Origin: Alphaproteobacteria bacterium UBA3635
GTDB lineage: Bacteria > Pseudomonadota > Alphaproteobacteria > Rs-D84
Assembly (NCBI GenBank): GCA_002373935.1
Contig: DFKW01000009.1
Location: forward strand, 1-55,094
Direction: 5' to 3'
Length of the DNA stretch: 55,094 nucleotides
Under the pieces are notes generated by a model that was not told the origin of the DNA, searched no databases, and saw only the letters and a program-made list of their open reading frames with translations. Shown one piece after another: positions 9,899 to 20,381 of the stretch. Every line of letters starts with the position of its first letter. Position 1 is the first letter of the stretch. A program made the position numbers and the translations under genes.

Positions 9899-10252
9899 AT
9901 GTATGAATTATTACAACATTTAATTGCGTTAAAATATTCTTGTAAAATAAATCATTGGGCGACCGACGATTATTCGCGGCATTTACTGTATGACAGATTG
10001 GGCGAGGGCATTGATACATTTGTTGATAAAATTGCCGAACGCTATTTTATGTCGCGTGATGAAAAAAATGTGTTCAAAGAAAATATTTTAAATCCAAAAT
10101 TTATTGAGTTAGATATTGTTAAAAAATGTATGCAATTGATTGAATTGATTGAACGTATGATTGCAGATCAAGAAGTCAATCAGGGTATGACATCGTTGTT
10201 GACGGATATCGAATCGGAATTGTTGAACAAGGTTGCGTTGGCGCGATTGTAA
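9899..10252 (+). CDS. short Dps/ferritin-like protein
   Basis: HW...Y.RH.LYD......D.IAER pattern; SD AAGGAG. Confidence 0.65.
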   Translation: MYELLQHLIALKYSCKINHWATDDYSRHLLYDRLGEGIDTFVDKIAERYFMSRDEKNVFKENILNPKFIELDIVKKCMQLIELIERMIADQEVNQGMTSLLTDIESELLNKVALARL

Positions 10253-10371
10253 TTTATTTGTCCGTAAAAAAATATGCCCGATGAAAATCGGGTGTTTTTT
10301 ATATTAAAAAAAACCCACACATTTTTGATGTGTGGGAAAGCATATCGTGTTTTAAATATTTGTTTTTTTGT

Positions 10372-10974
10372 CTAGAACATAAATCTGATGCCAATATCGC
10401 CACCAAAGTTATGCAAACCGGACGCAACATCAACATATGTATAGCGTGCGGCGACATCAACGGCGAAATGTTCCATATCAAATGTCATGCCCAGCATACC
10501 ACTGGCAGAAAATCCTGCTTTGTCGGTGGATTTGGCGATGCCTGCACCGGATGCATCAATGTCGGCAAATCCGGCACCAATACCCAATCCGGCAAATGGA
10601 CGAATCATTCTGTATCCGCCGAATTCCATATATGTATTCAACAATAATGTTTGCAATTTTGTGTTCACATCAACATTATAACCGGCAAAATCTGATGAAT
10701 CTTTGGCCTTGCTGTATATAGACCATTCGATTTCAGAACGATATTGTTTGTCGATTTCCAAACCCATTGCAACACGGCCTTGGAAAGTCATGTCGGTCAT
10801 GGATTCTTTGGTGTTCAATAAATTATAATTTGTGTTGCTGTATGCGATACCGCCACGCAGTCCAACATACGGGTCGTATCCGCCAATTTGCCAAGAACTG
10901 CCGTCATGCGGGTGACCAGCAAATGCCGGGCATGCAATCAATACAGCCAGTGTAGAAATAGCAAGTTTTTTCAT
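10372..10974 (-). CDS. outer-membrane beta-barrel protein (OmpA-TM/opacity type)
   Basis: Signal peptide, amphipathic strands, PFAGLGIG, terminal GIRFMF. Confidence 0.8.
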   Translation of the reverse strand: MKKLAISTLAVLIACPAFAGHPHDGSSWQIGGYDPYVGLRGGIAYSNTNYNLLNTKESMTDMTFQGRVAMGLEIDKQYRSEIEWSIYSKAKDSSDFAGYNVDVNTKLQTLLLNTYMEFGGYRMIRPFAGLGIGAGFADIDASGAGIAKSTDKAGFSASGMLGMTFDMEHFAVDVAARYTYVDVASGLHNFGGDIGIRFMF

Positions 10975-11126
10975 TTTTTCTCTCCTTTGTGAGTTTTTAT
11001 TGTTTTTTGTGTCGATACAGGGATGTTATCAAATAATTATTTGTTTTTATATAGGTATGGATGCCCAGAATATTTTTTGGGAATTTTTTCCTTTATTTTT
11101 ATTATGTGCGCATTAGAATATTTATT

Positions 11127-12416
11127 ATGAAATGCAAATTTTTGACATCTTGTGCATTGTTATATTGTGGTATGTTTTTTCCGCATGGTGCGTACGCGTC
11201 CGTGTTGAGTATTTCGTCGTCAGATGTATTACCTGTGACGGGGCCTTATTCAAATGTCGAAATACATTATGGTGGTAATTATAATTTGTCGGCACTGGAT
11301 AATATTTTGATGGATGGTGCCAATTTAACATTTAATAGATGGCATGGTGCATTTGCAATTGGTTTAAACGCCGATGACGATTTTGATGGTGATTTAGAAG
11401 CATCCGTGAATGTACAAACTTTGGTGCAATTAAAATTGACGGATGAATATTTGACGACACATACAAATTCAGACAAGATTTTGCGTTTGCGTGGTTTGGT
11501 GCGTAATAACACGATTGAAATCATAGAGGGCGATTCGCCATCATCTACATACCGTTATGAGTGGGTTTCTTGTGCGGGTGGTGACGGGATGTGTTTGAAG
11601 CGGGTTTATTCGCAACGTTATACCCAGGCGCGCGCCGCCGAACAGGTACGTGTCGCACTTGCAACCACGGGCGTGCAAAACAATCCGCGTATGTTGTTGC
11701 GACCAATGTCGATGATAAATAACACGGAATTGGTGTCGATGTATGATTTTTCGGACGAATTATTTTTGTCTGTTGCACCGGAATATTATACGGGACCCGA
11801 TTTTGGTGGGTTGGGGTTGCGTTTGAATTCCGGTATGGGGGTGATGGGAAAATTATCTGTGGGTGTGTCCGGATATGTATATCGTGGTGATTTCGAAAAT
11901 TCGGTCAGTGGTTTTAAATCCGATATTTATGGTGGAAATGTGCGGCTGCATTACGCGTTTGATGAAAATTTATTTTTACGCGGTGTTGGTGGATTCAGTT
12001 TTGCAAACATAAAATGCGATGATGTGGTTGATGGTGGCGGCGTGGTCAGTAATCCACATGCATTTGGTGTGTATGGTGGTGCGGATTTTGGTGCAAAATT
12101 TAATTTTGAATCTGGGTTGATGTTGTCACCCTTTGTTGGGGTCGGTGTGACAGATGAAACGATTGTTGATGTGACGCAAAATGATTTCTTTGTGCGTGTG
12201 GGAAATGATGTTGGATTTAAATATTTTATGGATGGTGTGTCATATAATTACTTTTTGCGCACCGGTATAAATTCCAATGGCTATTTAGATGCATCGATTG
12301 GTATTGGTGTTTGGACCGTGGCGGATAAAATTGGTGGTGGTGTATCTGTTGGTGCGATGGATACTGAATTTGGTTGGACCGCCAAAGTTTCCGGTAATAT
12401 CAGATTTGCATTTTAA
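11127..12416 (+). CDS. autotransporter-like outer-membrane protein
   Basis: Signal peptide, short passenger, helical linker, barrel ending in IRFAF. Confidence 0.65.
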   Translation: MKCKFLTSCALLYCGMFFPHGAYASVLSISSSDVLPVTGPYSNVEIHYGGNYNLSALDNILMDGANLTFNRWHGAFAIGLNADDDFDGDLEASVNVQTLVQLKLTDEYLTTHTNSDKILRLRGLVRNNTIEIIEGDSPSSTYRYEWVSCAGGDGMCLKRVYSQRYTQARAAEQVRVALATTGVQNNPRMLLRPMSMINNTELVSMYDFSDELFLSVAPEYYTGPDFGGLGLRLNSGMGVMGKLSVGVSGYVYRGDFENSVSGFKSDIYGGNVRLHYAFDENLFLRGVGGFSFANIKCDDVVDGGGVVSNPHAFGVYGGADFGAKFNFESGLMLSPFVGVGVTDETIVDVTQNDFFVRVGNDVGFKYFMDGVSYNYFLRTGINSNGYLDASIGIGVWTVADKIGGGVSVGAMDTEFGWTAKVSGNIRFAF

Positions 12417-13717
12417 TCAACAATTTTTCCATGCAGGCATGATTTGTTTGCAGATGTGATTTTTATATTCGCTAATGTTTTTGGATTTTCGGTTGAAACA
12501 ACGCATGGTTGCATATACGGTGTGCGGTAAATATGATGTGTGCCGGTTTTGTCGGGTCCTTCGTATAAACAATCAAATGTTTTATCAACGCAAGACAAAT
12601 TAAAATCGCGTTGAATTTCGTTTAATATCGAATCCAATTTTATCAGCCGTTCAGATTTTATGTTTTCTGGTATCTGGTTTGGCATCAATGCCGCCGCCGT
12701 GTGTGGGCGAGGTGAATATTTGAACGAATAAGAATTTATAAATCCAACGCGTTTTGCAATCGCGCAGGTTTGTTCGAAATCATCATTTGTTTCGCCCGGA
12801 AACCCGACGATAAAGTCAGACGATATTTGTATGTCGGGGCGCGCGGTACGGAATTTGTTGATGATGTCCATGTATCCGGTTAAATCGTATGGCCGATTCA
12901 TTTTTTGCAATATTTTTTCAGAACCGCTTTGAATAGGCATATTCAAAAATGGTAATAATTTTGGTTCGGTTCGAAACATATCAATTAAATCATCGGTCAT
13001 TTCGGTTGGATAACTGGATGTGAAACGAATTCTTTTTACCGAATCAATTTTTGCGGTATCTCGTATTATGTCCGACAGACGATATGTTTTACCATTTTCG
13101 TCCCGATATTTATAACCATTTACATTTTGACCCAGCAAGCAAATTTCAATTGCACCAACGGCCGCTGAGTGCATGATTTCCGCCAAAATATCGGAATAGG
13201 GGCGTGAAATTTCAGGGCCGCGTGTGTATGGAACAATGCAATATGTGCAACAATGATTACAGCCCTCTTGGATAGGGATGTATGCCACATGTGGTGATTT
13301 TGAAATCGGTGGCAATTCATCAAATTTTTCGAGCCCACCCAAATTTATATCTAATAATTTTGTATTTGGGTCTGATAATATTTCTGGTAATTTATGATAA
13401 CTTTGTGGGCCCAATACAAAATTCAAATCGCGGATTTTGCGAAATGCGTCCGCACCCGATTCGCGCGCGACACAACCAACAATGCCATAAATGGCCCCCG
13501 GCTTTTTTGCACGGCGTATGCGCCCCAGGGCCGAATAAACTTTATCGGTTGCCTTGGCACGAACGGCACAGGTGTTTAATAAAATTATATCTGCATCCGT
13601 CACATTATCCGTGTGTTCAAACCCATGATGTTCCAGCATCGCCGCGATGCGCATCCCATCATAGACGTTCATTTGGCAACCAAATGTTTTGATATAAAAT
13701 TTTTTATTCGATGACAT
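12413..13717 (-). CDS. miaB: tRNA methylthiotransferase MiaB
   Basis: TFGCQMNVYD, NTCAVR, radical SAM CNHCCTYC, SDFIVGFPGET. Confidence 0.93.
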   Translation of the reverse strand: MSSNKKFYIKTFGCQMNVYDGMRIAAMLEHHGFEHTDNVTDADIILLNTCAVRAKATDKVYSALGRIRRAKKPGAIYGIVGCVARESGADAFRKIRDLNFVLGPQSYHKLPEILSDPNTKLLDINLGGLEKFDELPPISKSPHVAYIPIQEGCNHCCTYCIVPYTRGPEISRPYSDILAEIMHSAAVGAIEICLLGQNVNGYKYRDENGKTYRLSDIIRDTAKIDSVKRIRFTSSYPTEMTDDLIDMFRTEPKLLPFLNMPIQSGSEKILQKMNRPYDLTGYMDIINKFRTARPDIQISSDFIVGFPGETNDDFEQTCAIAKRVGFINSYSFKYSPRPHTAAALMPNQIPENIKSERLIKLDSILNEIQRDFNLSCVDKTFDCLYEGPDKTGTHHIYRTPYMQPCVVSTENPKTLANIKITSANKSCLHGKIVD

Positions 13718-13719
13718 TT

Positions 13720-13887
13720 TTATTTATGCCGTGTCCGGTTTGCATGAACCATACGCAATGCGTTGTTGCGCAATCTGGTATAACGGTTAATGCGACGTTG
13801 CGTATTGTTGTTATATTGTGAAATTTCAACAGTGCCGTAACGAACGCCGGTGATTGGATTGTCTTCGATAATAGTCACAATTTTCAT
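13720..13887 (-). CDS. 55-aa basic small protein (MKIVTIIEDNP...TRHK), not in the ORF track
   Basis: SD AAGGA; stop codon abuts the miaB start. Confidence 0.55.
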   Translation of the reverse strand: MKIVTIIEDNPITGVRYGTVEISQYNNNTQRRINRYTRLRNNALRMVHANRTRHK

Positions 13888-13908
13888 GTTTGTTTTCCTT
13901 TTTTTTGT

Positions 13909-14208
13909 TTATTTGTGGCTTGTCCTGAAAAACATTTTTTGTCGCGCTGAATGCATTGTTTTAAATGTTTTTAGTGATTTATGTTGTGGAAATTGTTTCG
14001 TTTTTTGTATCTGTTTTGGAAACAGGTCAATTTGTTCGAAATGTATTTCCGGAATTACGAAATCCATCGTTGTTGGTTGAAACGGGTCGTGTTGTTCGGG
14101 TATGTCTGCAACAACCAATTTTATGTCGGCGGCACTCGCAATTTCACGCAATGCAGAAATTAGTATTTCGGGTGTTTTTGCCGGCATAAAAATAATTATA
14201 TCCGCCAT
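13909..14208 (-). CDS. hypothetical protein
   Basis: Fills the gap after gatB in the same orientation. Confidence 0.55.
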   Translation of the reverse strand: MADIIIFMPAKTPEILISALREIASAADIKLVVADIPEQHDPFQPTTMDFVIPEIHFEQIDLFPKQIQKTKQFPQHKSLKTFKTMHSARQKMFFRTSHK

Positions 14209-14214
14209 AATTTT

Positions 14215-15741
14215 TTACCCCAATTTCTTTTTCAAAATTTCGTTTACGACACCTGGGTTTGCCTTGCCACCAGTTGCACGCATTACGGCACCAACAAAGA
14301 ATCCAAACAGGCCAACCTTGCCGGATTTGTATTGTTCAACCTGAGACGTGTTTTGTGATAAAACATCGTCAATGATTTTTTCGATGGCCCCCGTGTCGGT
14401 CATTTGTTTCATGCCAAATTTGTCGGCAATTTCACGTGGTGTGCCCGTTTCGCCATCCAGCATTTTTGTAAATATCTCTTTGGCTTGTTTGCCGTTGATG
14501 TCATGCGCCGCAATCATATCAACCAATTCAGCAAGGTTTTCTGGTGTGATAATGCGTGGCGCATCCGGGTCGGTGTTTTCACGTATCTCGTTTGTTATGT
14601 CATAGTTTTCCGGGTGCGCAAACAATTCGGAAATCATCCAGTTTGCAATCGATTTAGCACGCGCGGGTTTATCACCAACGGATGTGTCAAACCATTTTGA
14701 AATATCGGTTGTTTCTGTCAATCGTGCCGCATCATATTCCGCCAAACCATATTTTTCAATGTATCGTGCGCGTGTTGCCTCGGGCAATTCGGGCATGGTG
14801 CGGCGGATGCGTTCAATGCGGTCATCGGTTATTACCAACGGCAATAAATCCGGGTCCGGGAAATAACGATAATCCAATGCGTCTTCTTTGCTGCGCAGGA
14901 CGGATGTTGTGCCGTCGCCTTGGTTATAACGCATGGTGTTGCGTTCGATTGTGCCACCAGATTCCAAAATTTCGATTTGACGACGTGCCTCGTATTCAAT
15001 GGCGGTTTTTATAAATTTGAACGATACCATGTTTTTAATTTCGCAACGTTCGTTAAACGTGTTCGTTCCCGCGCGACGCACAGATACATTGACGTCGGCA
15101 CGCATGGAACCTTCCTCCATATTGGCGCGTGATACGCCCAATGCGCGTGCAATTTCACGAATCTTACGCAGGTATCTTTCCGCCTCGTCAGGGGATGAAA
15201 TGAACGAATTGTTTTCCGGATTTTTTACATCCAAAAATGTCACGATTTCCAATAAAGTCACCCCGGTACGATTATAGTCCGCAAAAGATTTTGTCGGATG
15301 CGCATCGTGTTTTAATTTTCCGGCATCTTGTTCCAAATGGGCGCGTTCGATTAAAATTTTTTTGGGATTGCCATCGTCGCCCATAATTTCAACCCATCCA
15401 CGACCGACAACAGGTGGTTGATCAGCCGGTTGCGAAATCTGATATCCCTGGGGCAGGTCAGGGTAAAAATATTGTTTGCGGGCAAAACGACTGACGCGGG
15501 AAATTTCCGCATTTATGCCCAGACCGAATTTAATCGCCTGGTCAACACAGTATTCGTTCAATACCGGCAACATGCCCGGCATCGCGACATCAACCATGCA
15601 TGCCTGGGTATTGGGGGCGATTGTCGGATTATAATTTGCCGATGCGCCACTGAAAATTTTACTGTTGGATAAAACCTCGATATGGGTTTCCAAACCAATA
15701 ACTACTTCCCAATTACCTGACTTGCCTTGTATCGTAAACAT
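14215..15741 (-). CDS. gatB: Asp/Glu-tRNA amidotransferase subunit B
   Basis: VIGLETH, RKQYFYPDLPQGYQISQ, DYRYFPDPDL. Confidence 0.97.
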   Translation of the reverse strand: MFTIQGKSGNWEVVIGLETHIEVLSNSKIFSGASANYNPTIAPNTQACMVDVAMPGMLPVLNEYCVDQAIKFGLGINAEISRVSRFARKQYFYPDLPQGYQISQPADQPPVVGRGWVEIMGDDGNPKKILIERAHLEQDAGKLKHDAHPTKSFADYNRTGVTLLEIVTFLDVKNPENNSFISSPDEAERYLRKIREIARALGVSRANMEEGSMRADVNVSVRRAGTNTFNERCEIKNMVSFKFIKTAIEYEARRQIEILESGGTIERNTMRYNQGDGTTSVLRSKEDALDYRYFPDPDLLPLVITDDRIERIRRTMPELPEATRARYIEKYGLAEYDAARLTETTDISKWFDTSVGDKPARAKSIANWMISELFAHPENYDITNEIRENTDPDAPRIITPENLAELVDMIAAHDINGKQAKEIFTKMLDGETGTPREIADKFGMKQMTDTGAIEKIIDDVLSQNTSQVEQYKSGKVGLFGFFVGAVMRATGGKANPGVVNEILKKKLG

Positions 15742-15795
15742 TTTTATTTTTCCTTGCTTTTTGTTTTTTTATACTTTAATATTCCCCATACGGAT

Positions 15796-15871
15796 GGCCA
15801 GATAGCTCAGTTGGTAGAGCAAGGGACTGAAAATCCCTGTGTCAGTGGTTCGATTCCACTTCTGGCCACCA
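15796..15871 (+). tRNA. tRNA-Phe(GAA)
   Basis: Full cloverleaf, acceptor GGCCAGA/TCTGGCC, anticodon GAA, 3' CCA. Confidence 0.97.
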
Positions 15872-15902
15872 TTTTTTTATTGCTATCTTGCCAAATCATT
15901 TT

Positions 15903-17372
15903 TTATTCACCCATAATTTTTGTTGGACGATTGTCAACACCACTGAACTGTTGAATATGTTTTGCCAATTGCAAAACGCGCATATCGTCAAAGCGGCGAC
16001 CTACAACCTGCATCCCCAGGGGCAGACCGTTTTCCGCCATGCCGGCCGGTGTCGATACCGCCGGAACACCCGCCAGGTTCATTGCGACCGTAAATAAATC
16101 CAATGCGTAATATTCCAACGGTGATAAATCAGAATCCAGTGGCATCGCGGTGCCGGCGCCCGCCGGGCATACGATTAAATCACATTGTTCAAATGCGCGT
16201 GTGAACGCATCGGCAATCAAACGACGAACACGTGCCGCCTGCATGAAATATACATCGTATGATTCAGATGATAAAACGGCGGTGCCGATAATCATACGGC
16301 GTTTAACCTCGTCACCAAATCCGGCGGCGCGGGTCTTTTTATATGTGTCGATTAAATCGTCACCATCCACACGCAGACCGTATCTCATTCCGTCATAGCG
16401 CGCCAGGTTCGACGATGCCTCGGCCGGGGCGATGATGTAATATGCCGCCAATGCATCCAAGATGTTTGGAATTGAAACCTGGACTATTTCGGCACCATTG
16501 GATTTCAAATCGTTAATGCGTGCATCAAATATGCGTTTCATATCGGCGGATATTTCGACATTTTGGAATTCTTTGATTATACCGACACGTAATTTTTTGC
16601 CCGCGCCCAAAATCGGTTCCAGTTCGCCCGATACATGAAAGTTTTGATTTGGTGCAGATGTGGAATCTTTGTCATCGTGTCCCGCCATAATTGATAATAA
16701 TAATGCCGCGTCATCCACCGTGCGTGCGATTGGACCGGGGGTATCTAAACTGGATGCGAATGCGACGCAACCCCAACGGGAACACAGGCCGTATGTTGGC
16801 TTTACACCGACCAGTCCCGTGATGGATGCCGGAAAACGAATTGAACCACCGGTGTCGGTACCCGTGCCACCCATGGCCAGACCCCCAGCCACCGCGGATG
16901 TCGTGCCGCCCGATGAACCGCCGGCGGTAAGTTTACGTGTCCGTTGCCATGGGCTGACCGGGGCACCAAAATAGGAAGTTTTAGAAAATGTGCCCATCGC
17001 AAATTCGTCCAGGTTTGCCTTGCCCAACAGGACCGTTCCGGCATCGATATATTTTTGTGAAATTGTTGATTCATATTCCGGGATAAAATTTTCCAACATG
17101 CGTGATGCCGCCGTTGTGCGAATGCCGCGGGTTGCAAATAAATCCTTCATCGCGATTGGAATACCGTCCAAAACGCGTGCACTGCCGTCGGCATAACGGG
17201 CGTCCGCGGCGGCCGCGTCGGCGAGTGCGCGTTCAGGTGTGACGGTGATATAGCAATTTAATTCAGCCCCGAATTTTTCAATGCGGGCCAGGTGCGCGTG
17301 CGTCAATTCCGTCGCAGATATTTCACGCGATTTTAATTTTTTTAATGCGTCCACTATTGTTAAATCAATCAT
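15903..17372 (-). CDS. gatA: Asp/Glu-tRNA amidotransferase subunit A
   Basis: Amidase signature GGSSGG...GTDTGGSIR, SSNLARYDG. Confidence 0.97.
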   Translation of the reverse strand: MIDLTIVDALKKLKSREISATELTHAHLARIEKFGAELNCYITVTPERALADAAAADARYADGSARVLDGIPIAMKDLFATRGIRTTAASRMLENFIPEYESTISQKYIDAGTVLLGKANLDEFAMGTFSKTSYFGAPVSPWQRTRKLTAGGSSGGTTSAVAGGLAMGGTGTDTGGSIRFPASITGLVGVKPTYGLCSRWGCVAFASSLDTPGPIARTVDDAALLLSIMAGHDDKDSTSAPNQNFHVSGELEPILGAGKKLRVGIIKEFQNVEISADMKRIFDARINDLKSNGAEIVQVSIPNILDALAAYYIIAPAEASSNLARYDGMRYGLRVDGDDLIDTYKKTRAAGFGDEVKRRMIIGTAVLSSESYDVYFMQAARVRRLIADAFTRAFEQCDLIVCPAGAGTAMPLDSDLSPLEYYALDLFTVAMNLAGVPAVSTPAGMAENGLPLGMQVVGRRFDDMRVLQLAKHIQQFSGVDNRPTKIMGE

Positions 17373-17381
17373 GCTTGGTTC

Positions 17382-17753
17382 CTATTTTTGTTTTTCGTAT
17401 TTATCAGCGAATAATTTTTTACCAATTAAATTAATCACGAATTCATCAGTGCATTTGCCGTTGGCAATACATCTGGGACAATTTTTTTTATCCCGGATTG
17501 CACATTTTTTTTGAAATGGATGTATATAAATTTCCAGTTCTTCGGAATAATATTTGTGTTCGTATGCCGTCCAGGCGGTTTTATTCATTGATGCAAACAA
17601 GGATATTACGCACGCGTCGTCGGGAATAGTTGTGCGTTTGACTTGTTTCAAAAAATCGTCCATTTCTGTGGCAGACCAATGACCGCACGGTGTTTTTTCG
17701 CCCGCGTGAAAGTTATATGATGTTTTCAAAAATACATTTGAGTTCTTTGCCAT
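17382..17753 (-). CDS. hypothetical protein with a C-terminal Cys cluster, between gatC and gatA
   Basis: SD AAGGAG before ATG 17753; C-x7-C-x2-C-x5-C. Confidence 0.65.
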   Translation of the reverse strand: MAKNSNVFLKTSYNFHAGEKTPCGHWSATEMDDFLKQVKRTTIPDDACVISLFASMNKTAWTAYEHKYYSEELEIYIHPFQKKCAIRDKKNCPRCIANGKCTDEFVINLIGKKLFADKYEKQK

Positions 17754-17766
17754 TTTAATACTCCTT

Positions 17767-18063
17767 TTAATCTGCATCCATAACCTTGGGTACGGCAAAA
17801 TATCCGCGTGAAACGCCCGATTTATCCGGGGCGTTTGCCAAAATTTTATCACGCATGTTTGGTTCGGTGACCGTGTCCGTGCGCATTGGTAAATCGTGCT
17901 CAGATGGGTTTAACAATGGTTCAACGCCGTGGGTGTCGATTTTTTGTAATTTATCCAGCCACTCGATAACGCCGTCAATGTTCATTTGTTCCAATTTTTC
18001 GTCAGATATTTCAATTCTGATTAAATCTGCGAATTTGTGTAATTGTTGCTTGCTAAATGCCAT
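17767..18063 (-). CDS. gatC: Asp/Glu-tRNA amidotransferase subunit C
   Basis: DT.GVEP, ILANAP, GYFAVPKV. Confidence 0.9.
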   Translation of the reverse strand: MAFSKQQLHKFADLIRIEISDEKLEQMNIDGVIEWLDKLQKIDTHGVEPLLNPSEHDLPMRTDTVTEPNMRDKILANAPDKSGVSRGYFAVPKVMDAD

Positions 18064-18100
18064 TTTCAATCCTATATTGTTAAAGTAAAGGAATTATACT

Positions 18101-18547
18101 ATGATTTTGCCGGATTTCAAGGATTTTCCGCGTGCCGGGCGTGTGATTGGCATTGATTGGGGTGCGCGGCGCACGGGTATTGCGATATCGGACCCAATGC
18201 ATCAAATGGTTTTTGTGCGACCCGTTGTGTTATCGTCCGGTGCGGATGATTTGGTTCAAAAAATTGTGACGCTGATTACGGATGAAAATGTGTCGGGGGT
18301 GGTTGTTGGGTTGCCTTTGCGCATGGATGGGTCTGCGTCCGAGACAACACAAAATGTTCGTGCGTTTGTGGATGCGTTGGCGGCGCGCGTGGATGTACCA
18401 ATTTGTATGTTGGATGAAACTTTGTCATCAATGTCCGCCCAGGATGATATGGGACGTGTGCGGATGCGTGATATAAAACAAAAACTGGATTCGGAATCGG
18501 CGCGTGTGATTTTGGAAAATGCGTTGGCGATAATTAAACGACAATAA
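18101..18547 (+). CDS. ruvX: Holliday junction resolvase-like RuvX/YqgF
   Basis: IDWGARRTGIAISD, VVGLP, DETLSS, DSESA. Confidence 0.92.
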   Translation: MILPDFKDFPRAGRVIGIDWGARRTGIAISDPMHQMVFVRPVVLSSGADDLVQKIVTLITDENVSGVVVGLPLRMDGSASETTQNVRAFVDALAARVDVPICMLDETLSSMSAQDDMGRVRMRDIKQKLDSESARVILENALAIIKRQ

Positions 18548-18567
18548 TAATTATTTTTTCATATATA

Positions 18568-18591
18568 AAAATCCGCCAAATGGCGGATTTT
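18568..18591. terminator. bidirectional terminator
   Basis: AAAATCCGCCA-aa-TGGCGGATTTT. Confidence 0.7.
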
Positions 18592-18609
18592 ATGCATATA
18601 GGTTAAATT

Positions 18610-19653
18610 TTAATCTTCGGTTTTTTCGGGGATTCGTCCGTCGGCGGACAGTATAACCGCAATCCAACGGGTGGAATCAAATTGTGCCGTGATAATAAAT
18701 ATCGCCGCCAGGATGGGAACACTGAAAAACATGCCGGCAATACCCCACAGACCGCCCCAAAACACCAGGTTTATTAAAATCGCCAATGTGGACAGGTTCA
18801 ATGTTTTGCCCATTAATTTTGGGTCTAATATATTTCCAAATATGATTTCCAACATCACCAATCCGGTTGCTGTTAAAAATGGTAAATGCAAAGAATCGCC
18901 CGAAATCAATGCGTATAGAATTGGCATCGCGCATGCAACAATAGAACCAATTGTTGGAATATAGTTCATTATGAAAACCAAAAATGCCCAAACACCGGCA
19001 AATTCCAAACCAATTGTGCGCAACCAAATGTATGCGCCGATGCCGGTTGCGGCGGCGATAAATGTTTTAACAAATAAATATTTTTTCATATTTTTATCGA
19101 AACTTTCGACAATGTATCCAAATTTTTTTGTCTTGGATTTTGATTCAAATAAATTGTTCATTTTTGCATGAAATGTACTTTGTTCGACAAACAAGAATAA
19201 AATGTAAATCAAAATCATACCAACCGATGTTGCGATGTTTGCCGCCGATGCGCCAATGGTTTTTACAATGTCGGCCAAATTTGGGAACATATTTATATCA
19301 AATTTTAATCCCAGTGAATTAAATATGTATGTTCCCAATGTTGTCAGGCGATTTTGTATTTCCGGTATGCGGTCAACAAATTCGGAAAACATCGGGTTGA
19401 TTTGTGTCGCAAATGTATAGAATAAAAACAGTAAACTGGATGCGGACAACAGTATCGATACAATGTTAAAAAATCCGGGCCAAAATCGTGGGCATTTTTT
19501 AATGCAATTACTGAACGGCATAATCTTGCGAAAGTATGCCGCGATTGCGTTTATTAAATACCACAAAAATATTGCAACTAATAGTGGTATCAATATTGAA
19601 CGTCCGAACCATAATAATACAACCAGACCGCAAAAAATTATTATTCCGTTCAT
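18610..19653 (-). CDS. AI-2E family transporter
   Basis: Polytopic membrane protein; NYIPTIGS, GNILDPKLMG, WG.LWG..G. Confidence 0.88.
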   Translation of the reverse strand: MNGIIIFCGLVVLLWFGRSILIPLLVAIFLWYLINAIAAYFRKIMPFSNCIKKCPRFWPGFFNIVSILLSASSLLFLFYTFATQINPMFSEFVDRIPEIQNRLTTLGTYIFNSLGLKFDINMFPNLADIVKTIGASAANIATSVGMILIYILFLFVEQSTFHAKMNNLFESKSKTKKFGYIVESFDKNMKKYLFVKTFIAAATGIGAYIWLRTIGLEFAGVWAFLVFIMNYIPTIGSIVACAMPILYALISGDSLHLPFLTATGLVMLEIIFGNILDPKLMGKTLNLSTLAILINLVFWGGLWGIAGMFFSVPILAAIFIITAQFDSTRWIAVILSADGRIPEKTED

Positions 19654-19707
19654 ATTATTTTCTCCTTTCGTTTTTATTTGGTTTTCATGCATATAGCGCG
19701 TTTTTTA

Positions 19708-20379
19708 TTATTTGATTTTTCCGTGTTCCAATGTTGTTGTGTTTGTTGGTTGAACCAGTTTTGTAAATTGTGGTTGGTGACTGATGAAAATAAATGTTGT
19801 TTTTTTCATTTCGTGCATTATGTCGGCAATTTGTTGTTGTGTTGCCGCATCCGCGCCCGAGTCCGGTTCGTCCAAAATTGCCAATTTAGGTTGTGTCAAA
19901 ACCAAACGCAATAACATCAATTTTTTTCGTTCGCCACCGGAAAAGCCAACATTGATACTGCGGTTCATCCAATCGCGTGGTATGTTTAATTGTTCCCGTA
20001 CAGATTCCAATTTTTCCAAAAATTCACCCATTGGTAAATCGTGTCCGGTGTTAAAATTCGCGTGTGCCGACATTGTGTGTTTCAAAAAAGACATAACGGT
20101 CAATCCCGGAATTTCCGGCACATTTTGCGCCCCCAGGAATATTCCCAATAATGCGCGCTTGGTCGGTGTTTCATTTGTTATATCAATGTTATTAAATATG
20201 ATTTGCCCAGATGTGATTTTATATTCCGGGTTGCCGGCGATTGTTTGGACCAATGTTGTTTTGCCCGAACCGTTGTGTCCCATCAATAAATGACGCGCAC
20301 CGCGTTTTATGGATATATTGATGTTGTCCAACAATATTTTGTCTTGGGTTGACACAGATAAATTTTTTATTTCCAACAT
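19708..20379 (-). CDS. sufC: Fe-S assembly ATPase SufC
   Basis: GHNGSGKTT, RSINVGFSGGERKK, LDEPDSG. Confidence 0.9.
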   Translation of the reverse strand: MLEIKNLSVSTQDKILLDNINISIKRGARHLLMGHNGSGKTTLVQTIAGNPEYKITSGQIIFNNIDITNETPTKRALLGIFLGAQNVPEIPGLTVMSFLKHTMSAHANFNTGHDLPMGEFLEKLESVREQLNIPRDWMNRSINVGFSGGERKKLMLLRLVLTQPKLAILDEPDSGADAATQQQIADIMHEMKKTTFIFISHQPQFTKLVQPTNTTTLEHGKIK

Positions 20380-20381
20380 TT

